64,000 bases of DNA from an uncultured Bacteroidota bacterium (GTDB lineage Bacteria; Bacteroidota; Ignavibacteria; Ignavibacteriales; Ignavibacteriaceae), in NCBI GenBank assembly GCA_963748105.1, contig CAVVHP010000022.1, forward strand, positions 4,443-68,442, read 5' to 3'. The position numbers were made by a program, and so were the translations under genes. The notes under the pieces are model-generated. The model was not told where the DNA came from and made no database searches. It saw only the letters and a list, made by a program, of their open reading frames with translations. This document shows, piece after piece, positions 57,837 through 64,000 of this stretch (its first letter is position 1; every line of letters starts with the position of its first letter).

Positions 57837-59022
57837 ATTTTGGAAAATTATTTTATTAGCATCATTCGTATTTTTTATTTCAGGCGGAATTTATTTTTTC
57901 GTAGCATCAGAAAATCAGGTACCCGTCTTCACTGAAAGTGATTCACATTCCCCTGCTTTAACTGAAGGTTTACAAACTATAAGCAAACAACAAGAAGATA
58001 TCACTGATCAAAGAAATAATGTAATAACTAAAACCGTAAAAAAAATCAGTCCGGCAGTTGTTGGAATAAATGTAACTGAAATAAGGCAATACCAGGATCC
58101 TTTTAGTTCTATTTATCAGAATGATCCCTTTTTCAGACAGTTTTTTGGAAACAACGGCACATACAGCCAGAAAGTTAAAGAACTTGGATCAGGATATATT
58201 ATTTCGCCTGATGGTTATATTGTAACAAATGATCACGTAGCTGGAAATGCCTCACAAATAACTGTAACGCTAACTAACGGGAAACAATATCAAGCCAAAC
58301 TAATTGGAACTGATCACGCTTCAGATATTTCTTTATTAAAAATAAAAGATTCCAACTTACCCTATGTAAAACTTGGCAACTCAGATGATATTATTATTGG
58401 TGAATGGGTTATAGCACTTGGAAATCCATTTGGCCTCTTTGAAATAAATGATAAACCAACAGTTACTGTGGGAGTAATTTCTGCAACAGGAATGAATCTG
58501 GAGCCGCTTGACAACAGGTATTACCTGAATATGATACAGACTGATGCAGCTATTAACGGCGGCAACAGCGGAGGACCGCTTGTAAATAGTCTGGGTGAAG
58601 TTATTGGGATGAATACTCTCATTTATACGGCCGGCGGTGTTCAGGGAAGCATAGGACTTGGATTTGCAATTCCAATAAATAAGGTAAAGAGAATTGTAAC
58701 TGAGCTAAAAGAGAACGGCAAAATCAATCGTAATTTTGATGTTGGATTGGGTGTTCAATCTATTGATGAAAATATAGCAAAAGCCTATGGCCTTCCATCA
58801 GCAAGAGGTGTAATTGTAACAAGGGTTGTTCCCGGAAGCCCGGCAGATAAATGTGGAATTAGAGTACGAGATATTATTACTCAAGTAGAGAGTTACAAAA
58901 TTAGTAATCAGGAAACTCTTTTAAGTGTTTTCCAGGAATTCCGTGCCGGACAATCAGTTACAATTAAATTGATGAGAAATGATAAAGAAATTACTACAAC
59001 AATGAAACTGGAGCCTAAATGA
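57829..59022 (+). CDS. htrA: HtrA/DegP-family serine protease with one PDZ domain
   Basis: 397 aa with an N-terminal TM anchor. The catalytic triad context is TNDHV, DISLLKI and GNSGGPLVN. The C-terminus is a PDZ domain. Confidence 0.9.
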   Translation: MNKFWKIILLASFVFFISGGIYFFVASENQVPVFTESDSHSPALTEGLQTISKQQEDITDQRNNVITKTVKKISPAVVGINVTEIRQYQDPFSSIYQNDPFFRQFFGNNGTYSQKVKELGSGYIISPDGYIVTNDHVAGNASQITVTLTNGKQYQAKLIGTDHASDISLLKIKDSNLPYVKLGNSDDIIIGEWVIALGNPFGLFEINDKPTVTVGVISATGMNLEPLDNRYYLNMIQTDAAINGGNSGGPLVNSLGEVIGMNTLIYTAGGVQGSIGLGFAIPINKVKRIVTELKENGKINRNFDVGLGVQSIDENIAKAYGLPSARGVIVTRVVPGSPADKCGIRVRDIITQVESYKISNQETLLSVFQEFRAGQSVTIKLMRNDKEITTTMKLEPK

Positions 59023-60317
59023 TAGAGCGCTATACCCTGCCGGAAATGGGAAAAATCTGGCAGGATGAATTTAAATTTAATACATGGTTACAAATTGAAA
59101 TTCTTGCCTGTGAAGCAAGATGTGAAATGGGGAATATCCCAAAAGAAGATCTGGATGAAATAAAAAAGAAAGCTAAGTTTGATGTTAATGCGGTTTTGGA
59201 AATTGAAAAGACAACCAAACACGATGTAATTGCATTTTTAACAAATGTTGCTGAATACGTTGGTCCGGCATCAAGGCATATTCATTATGGAATGACGTCT
59301 TCCGATATTCTGGACACCACACTCTCCTACCAGATGAAATCTGCAGGAGAATTGTTATTAAACAGATTAAAAGAATTAAAAGATGCACTAAAGAAAAGAG
59401 CAGTTGAACATAAAAATACTATTTGTGTTGGCCGATCGCATGGGATACATGCTGAGCCAACTACAATGGGATTAAAATTTGCACTCTGGTTCGAAGAAAC
59501 AGAAAGAAATATTGAACGCCTTGAAAGAGCAATTAAAACAATAAGCGTTGGACAAATTTCAGGAGCAGTTGGAACTTTTGAACATTTATCTCCGGAAGTT
59601 GAAAAATACGTTTGTAAAAAGATGGGACTTTCCCCTGCCCCTGTTTCAACACAGGTAATTCAAAGAGACCGGCACGCGGAATTTGTAACTACTCTCTCAC
59701 TAATCGGTGCAACACTTGAAAAAATAGCCATTGAAATACGTCACTTGCAGAGAACTGAAGTTCTGGAAGCGGAAGAATATTTTTCAAAAGGACAAAAAGG
59801 TTCATCTGCTATGCCTCACAAAAGAAATCCGATTGTAAGCGAAAGGATTACCGGACTGGCAAGAGTTCTTCGCGGAAATGCAATGGCAACAATTGAAAAT
59901 GTAGCCCTCTGGCATGAAAGAGATATTTCTCATTCATCTGTTGAAAGAATAGTTGTCCCGGATAGTTGTATAGCCCTTGACTATATGCTGGATTTAATGA
60001 CAAAATTAATAAGTAATCTTCTAATTTATCCTGAAAATATGATCAATAATCTGAATATAACACGCGGCCTTGTCTTCTCTCAAACGGTTATGCTCAAATT
60101 GGTTACAAAGGGACTAACTCGTGAAGAAGCTTATAAACTTGTACAAACTTCAGCAATGGATGTTTGGGCTGACCAGAATAAATCTCTGTTTGAAGAACTT
60201 TTAAAATCGGATGAAATAAAAAAATATATTACTGAGCAGGAATTGAAAGATATTTTCGAAAATAAAAATATGCTGAAAAATGTTGATTTTATTTTTGCCC
60301 GGACAATCGAGGCGTGA
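59019..60317 (+). CDS. purB: Adenylosuccinate lyase
   Basis: 432 aa with the lyase-1 fold and the signature SSAMPHKRNP. Confidence 0.93.
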   Translation: MIERYTLPEMGKIWQDEFKFNTWLQIEILACEARCEMGNIPKEDLDEIKKKAKFDVNAVLEIEKTTKHDVIAFLTNVAEYVGPASRHIHYGMTSSDILDTTLSYQMKSAGELLLNRLKELKDALKKRAVEHKNTICVGRSHGIHAEPTTMGLKFALWFEETERNIERLERAIKTISVGQISGAVGTFEHLSPEVEKYVCKKMGLSPAPVSTQVIQRDRHAEFVTTLSLIGATLEKIAIEIRHLQRTEVLEAEEYFSKGQKGSSAMPHKRNPIVSERITGLARVLRGNAMATIENVALWHERDISHSSVERIVVPDSCIALDYMLDLMTKLISNLLIYPENMINNLNITRGLVFSQTVMLKLVTKGLTREEAYKLVQTSAMDVWADQNKSLFEELLKSDEIKKYITEQELKDIFENKNMLKNVDFIFARTIEA

Positions 60318-60470
60318 TATATATAAATAGTTTTCATGTGATCATCCCACTGAAATAAACACCATCCATCATAAACAGGTTGAATATAAAGTTTCTACAA
60401 AGTATTTAGCTTGTAATGGATCAAAATCGTTTAAAAATTGTAAAACATTGGTTACAATTGGAATATGTAA

Positions 60471-62570
60471 ATGAAAATTAATAAAGGAAAGTTAATGAGA
60501 AGAATATTAATTCTGATAATACTTGTAATCGCAGCAAATGTTTATCTGGCCAATTCGAATAAACCGGAACAGGAATATGTTGTAATCGGTCAGGATTCTG
60601 TTAAAGTAATTACTCCCGAACACCATATGGCAAAGCTGGATGAATTGATAAACACTTTATTATCAAGATACCATTATAAAAAGTTTGATCTTAATGATTC
60701 ATTATCATCTGTAATATTTGATAGATATATACAAGCTCTTGATTACAACAGGAGTTATTTTTTCGCATCTGATATTAAGTCATTTGATAAGTACAGGTAT
60801 CAGCTTGATGATGATTTCAAAAATGGTGATATACAGCCTGAGTATGATATTTATAATTTATTCGTGGAAAGAATGAATAACAGGATAGATTATGTGCACG
60901 AACTTTTGAAAAAAGGGTTCGATTTTTCTAAAAATGAAAGCTATGCTTTTAAAAGAGACAGCGCAGATTGGCCTAAAAATCAGAAAGAAATGGATGAACT
61001 TTGGAGAAAGAAAGTAAAAAATGATGCTCTTAATCTCTTGCTTACCGGAAAAGACTGGCCTTCAATAGTGAAAACTCTGGGAAAAAGATATGAGAATTAT
61101 AGAAGGGCATATAACCAGTTAAACAGTCAGGATGTATTCCAGATAGCTATGAATTCTTATACCGGAGCTATTGATCCACATACAACATATTTATCTCCTA
61201 TTAGCAAAGATAATTTCAATATAGATATGGCTAGATCGCTTGAAGGAATCGGTGCTCAGCTTACAACCGAAGATGAATATACAAAGGTTGCTAAAATAAT
61301 TGCCGGTGGTCCGGCTTTTAAGAGTAAGTTACTTCATAATGGAGACAAAATTACAGGTGTTGCGCAAGGTGAAGATGGCGAGATGGTAGATGTAATCGGA
61401 TGGAGATTAAATGATGTGGTAAAATTGATCAGAGGTGATAAGGGAACTATCGTGCGATTACAAATACTTCCAGCTTCTGAGGGTGTAAATGCCACGCCAA
61501 AAGAAATAAAATTAACCCGAGATAAAGTAAAGCTGAATGAAATGTCAGCAAAAATGGATACTCTTGATATAAAAGATAACAATACTCCTTTTCGTTTTGG
61601 AGTAATTACATTGCCGACATTTTATAGTGATTTTGCCGCCAAAGCTAAAGGCGATAAGAATTATAAAAGCACTACCCGTGATATAAAAAATCTCCTTATA
61701 AAACTAAAGAAAGAAAAAGTTGATGGCGTAATAATCGATTTACGAAATAATGGTGGCGGATCACTGCAGGAAGTAATCTCACTTGTTGGATTATTCATTA
61801 AAAACGGTCCCGTTGTTCAGGTTAAAAACGCTGATGGAAGTATTGAGGTTGACAGAGATCCAGATCCGGGTATTTTGTATGACGGTCCCATGGCCGTTAT
61901 GGTTAATCGTTTTAGTGCTTCTGCTTCTGAGATTTTTACTGCCGCCATCCAGGATTATGGCAGAGGAATTATTGTTGGTGAAAACACCTATGGAAAAGGA
62001 ACTGTACAAAATGGTATTGACCTGAATAGAATAGTTCCTGAGTCAGATAATAAATTTGGACAAATTAATTTAACAATTGCAAAATTTTACAGAGTGACAG
62101 GAAACAGCACTCAAAATTTAGGAGTAACACCAGACATTCAATTTCCTTCAGCATACCCTGCTGATAAATTTGGCGAAAGCTCACAAGCAAGCGCATTACC
62201 ATGGGATAAGATAAAATCCTCTAACTTTACTCAATTTTCAAACATAAAAAAATATATCCCAGCACTTGAAAAGAAGCATGAAGAAAGGATTAAAGATAAT
62301 CCGGATTTCCAGGAATTAATTGCACATGTTAACCATCTGAAGGAATCGATGAATAAACATTCTGTTTCATTAAACCAGGATGTGAGAAAGAAGGAAAAGG
62401 AAGAACAGGAAGCGAAGAAACTGGCTCTGGAAAATGCAGTTAGAAAGAGAGAAGGATTAAAGCTTTTGAAAAAAGGTGAGGTGTCAAAAAATGAATCTAA
62501 AAATTCCGATGCCGAGCTGGATGAAACAGGACACATACTTGCAGATTATATTATTATGACGATCGGATGA
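60471..62570 (+). CDS. prc: Tail-specific (C-terminal processing) protease, S41 family
   Basis: 699 aa with a signal/TM segment, a PDZ region and the S41 catalytic region (RNNGGGSL; VNRFSASASEIF; TYGKGTVQ). It has a charged C-terminal extension. The alternative start is MRRILIL at 60495. Confidence 0.88.
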   Translation: MKINKGKLMRRILILIILVIAANVYLANSNKPEQEYVVIGQDSVKVITPEHHMAKLDELINTLLSRYHYKKFDLNDSLSSVIFDRYIQALDYNRSYFFASDIKSFDKYRYQLDDDFKNGDIQPEYDIYNLFVERMNNRIDYVHELLKKGFDFSKNESYAFKRDSADWPKNQKEMDELWRKKVKNDALNLLLTGKDWPSIVKTLGKRYENYRRAYNQLNSQDVFQIAMNSYTGAIDPHTTYLSPISKDNFNIDMARSLEGIGAQLTTEDEYTKVAKIIAGGPAFKSKLLHNGDKITGVAQGEDGEMVDVIGWRLNDVVKLIRGDKGTIVRLQILPASEGVNATPKEIKLTRDKVKLNEMSAKMDTLDIKDNNTPFRFGVITLPTFYSDFAAKAKGDKNYKSTTRDIKNLLIKLKKEKVDGVIIDLRNNGGGSLQEVISLVGLFIKNGPVVQVKNADGSIEVDRDPDPGILYDGPMAVMVNRFSASASEIFTAAIQDYGRGIIVGENTYGKGTVQNGIDLNRIVPESDNKFGQINLTIAKFYRVTGNSTQNLGVTPDIQFPSAYPADKFGESSQASALPWDKIKSSNFTQFSNIKKYIPALEKKHEERIKDNPDFQELIAHVNHLKESMNKHSVSLNQDVRKKEKEEQEAKKLALENAVRKREGLKLLKKGEVSKNESKNSDAELDETGHILADYIIMTIG

Positions 62571-62578
62571 TTATTTAA

Positions 62579-62607
62579 GTAGAGACACGCTGTTTGCGTG
62601 TCTCTAC
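62579..62607. terminator. 12-bp GC-rich hairpin between convergent prc and aldehyde dehydrogenase genes
   Basis: GTAGAGACACGC-tgttt-GCGTGTCTCTAC is a perfect stem, but no strong U-tract follows on either side. Confidence 0.6.
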
Positions 62608-62617
62608 ATTAACCTGC

Positions 62618-64000
62618 CTAAATATCAAATTTAATTCCCTGCGCCAAAGGTAGCTCAGTTCCATAATTGATGGTATTTGTTTGTCTTCTCATATACGCTT
62701 TCCAAGAATCTGAACCGGATTCGCGTCCGCCTCCGGTTTCTTTTTCACCACCGAACGCACCGCCAATTTCAGCGCCGCTTGTACCGATATTCACATTAGC
62801 TATTCCACAATCAGATCCTCTGCCTGACAGGAATTCTTCCGCTTCTCTCATATTTGTACTAAATATAGCTGATGACAATCCCTGAACAACGTCATTATGA
62901 ATCTTAATTGCATTCTTCACATCACCGGAATATTTAATTAAATATAAAATCGGAGCGAATGTTTCTTCCTGCACAATTTCATATTCATTTTTTGCTTCAA
63001 CAATTGCCGGACGAACATAAGTACCGGCTTCATATCCTTTCCCTTTTAATACTTCCCCACCGTATATGATCTTGCCGCCTTCTTTCTTAACTTTCTGAAG
63101 CGCTTCAGTAAACATTTTAACTGCATCTTTATCAATCAATGGCCCAACGTGATTTTTCTGATCCAGAGGATTCCCGATCTTAAGCCCTTTATATGCTTTT
63201 GTTAATGAAGCTTTTACTTTGTTGTAAATTGATTCGTGAATTATCAATCTTCTTGTTGAAGTACATCTCTGTCCGCAAGTACCGACCGCACCGAAAACGA
63301 TTGCCGGCATTGCCATTTTAAGGTCCGTGTCAGGAGTTAAAATAATTCCGTTGTTACCGCCGAGCTCCATTATTGCTTTCCCGAATCTTCCTGCAATTAC
63401 CTGGTTTGCGTGTCTTCCAACTCTTGTAGAACCTGTAATAGAAATAAGAGGAACTCTCTTATCATTCAGCATTGTTTCGCCAATAGTGGCCCCTCTACCA
63501 ATAACAAGATTAAAAATACCTTCGGGTAATTTGTTTTCTTTAATTACTTCAGAAATAATATTCTGAGTAGCAATTGCAGAAAGAGGAACTTTTGAAGATG
63601 GCTTCCAAAGATTTACATCGCCGCAAACAGCTGCCAGCATTGCGTTCCAGGAATACACAGCAACAGGAAAATTAAATGCTGAAACTGTCCCAACAATTCC
63701 AAGTGGATGATATTGGTCGTACATTCTGTGATTTGCTCTCTCAGAGACCATCGTGTAGCCGTACAATTGTCTTGACTGCCCAACCGCAAAGTCACATATA
63801 TCAATCATTTCCTGAACTTCACCTAATCCTTCCTGGAGTGATTTTCCCATTTCAAAAGAAACAAGTTTTCCAAGGTAAGGTTTATACTCCCTGAGCTTTA
63901 GCCCAATTTGTCTGACAATTTCGCCTCTTTTAGGAGCAGGCATATCTCTCCAGACCGGGAACGATTTCTCTGCTTGTTTAATTACTTTATTGTAATCATT
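62618..64000 (-). CDS. Aldehyde dehydrogenase, ALDH7 (alpha-aminoadipic semialdehyde / piperideine-6-carboxylate dehydrogenase)-like, 5' end outside window
   Basis: The frame is open beyond the track ATG (63943) to the window edge (..[33 protein letters not shown]). It has ELGGNN, the catalytic Cys region [12 protein letters not shown], and the ALDH7-typical C-terminus [23 protein letters not shown]. Confidence 0.85.
   Translation of the reverse strand, partial: NDYNKVIKQAEKSFPVWRDMPAPKRGEIVRQIGLKLREYKPYLGKLVSFEMGKSLQEGLGEVQEMIDICDFAVGQSRQLYGYTMVSERANHRMYDQYHPLGIVGTVSAFNFPVAVYSWNAMLAAVCGDVNLWKPSSKVPLSAIATQNIISEVIKENKLPEGIFNLVIGRGATIGETMLNDKRVPLISITGSTRVGRHANQVIAGRFGKAIMELGGNNGIILTPDTDLKMAMPAIVFGAVGTCGQRCTSTRRLIIHESIYNKVKASLTKAYKGLKIGNPLDQKNHVGPLIDKDAVKMFTEALQKVKKEGGKIIYGGEVLKGKGYEAGTYVRPAIVEAKNEYEIVQEETFAPILYLIKYSGDVKNAIKIHNDVVQGLSSAIFSTNMREAEEFLSGRGSDCGIANVNIGTSGAEIGGAFGGEKETGGGRESGSDSWKAYMRRQTNTINYGTELPLAQGIKFDI

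Overview
The window is a low-GC (roughly one-third G+C), gene-dense, mostly housekeeping chromosomal segment of a diderm bacterium. LolCDE, FadL, ExbBD and three GT9 heptosyltransferase-like genes support the diderm call. Gene content and AT-richness suggest an Ignavibacteria/FCB-group organism, but that is inference only.

About 60 protein genes can be supported. The main ones are:
- accC plus a BCCP-like gene, mutS2, cvpA and yqeY
- exbB-exbD-exbD, kup and polA
- 3x GT9, a homocysteine methyltransferase-domain gene, ispE and ldcA
- a propeller/Y_Y_Y LytS-type kinase plus LytTR regulator, in line with DUF190-crcB and an aminotransferase
- lolC/E/D, pepA and nrnA
- two tandem korAB-type 2-oxoacid:ferredoxin oxidoreductase pairs
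- dsbD, nadE, and PspC plus a LiaF/toastrack-like gene
- an MGMT-domain protein, and prfB with its classical +1 frameshift
- AtuA-like DUF1446 plus DUF4387
- an archaeal-type HMG-CoA synthase/thiolase/DUF35 trio
- miaA, pcm, a UPF0316 protein, plsY, htrA, purB, prc, and a partial ALDH7-type aldehyde dehydrogenase

Six tRNA genes lie in two minus-strand clusters (Pro-Arg-His-Glu and Gly-Cys). Several clear intrinsic terminators are present. I saw no CRISPR array, transposase, integrase, prophage or recognisable defence genes.

The observations most worth a second look are:
1. The HMG-CoA synthase gene is interrupted at GGG-UGA-U, preceded by an SD-like GGGAG. This mimics the genuine RF2 recoding site 4 kb downstream on the same strand. 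It could be recoding, a pseudogene or a homopolymer error.
2. The archaeal-type HMGCS/thiolase/DUF35 trio sits next to AtuA-like genes in a genome that also encodes the MEP-pathway gene ispE.
3. Two paralogous tiny single-TM proteins carry a conserved GWED-xx-GFH motif; one is a 46-aa ORF below the ORF-track cutoff. They flank a ~700-nt AT-rich ORF-free spacer beside tRNA genes.
4. An SGNH/GDSL lipoprotein gene in a FadL operon is frameshifted.

None of these is demonstrably a new system from sequence alone. Most of the window is ordinary core genome.
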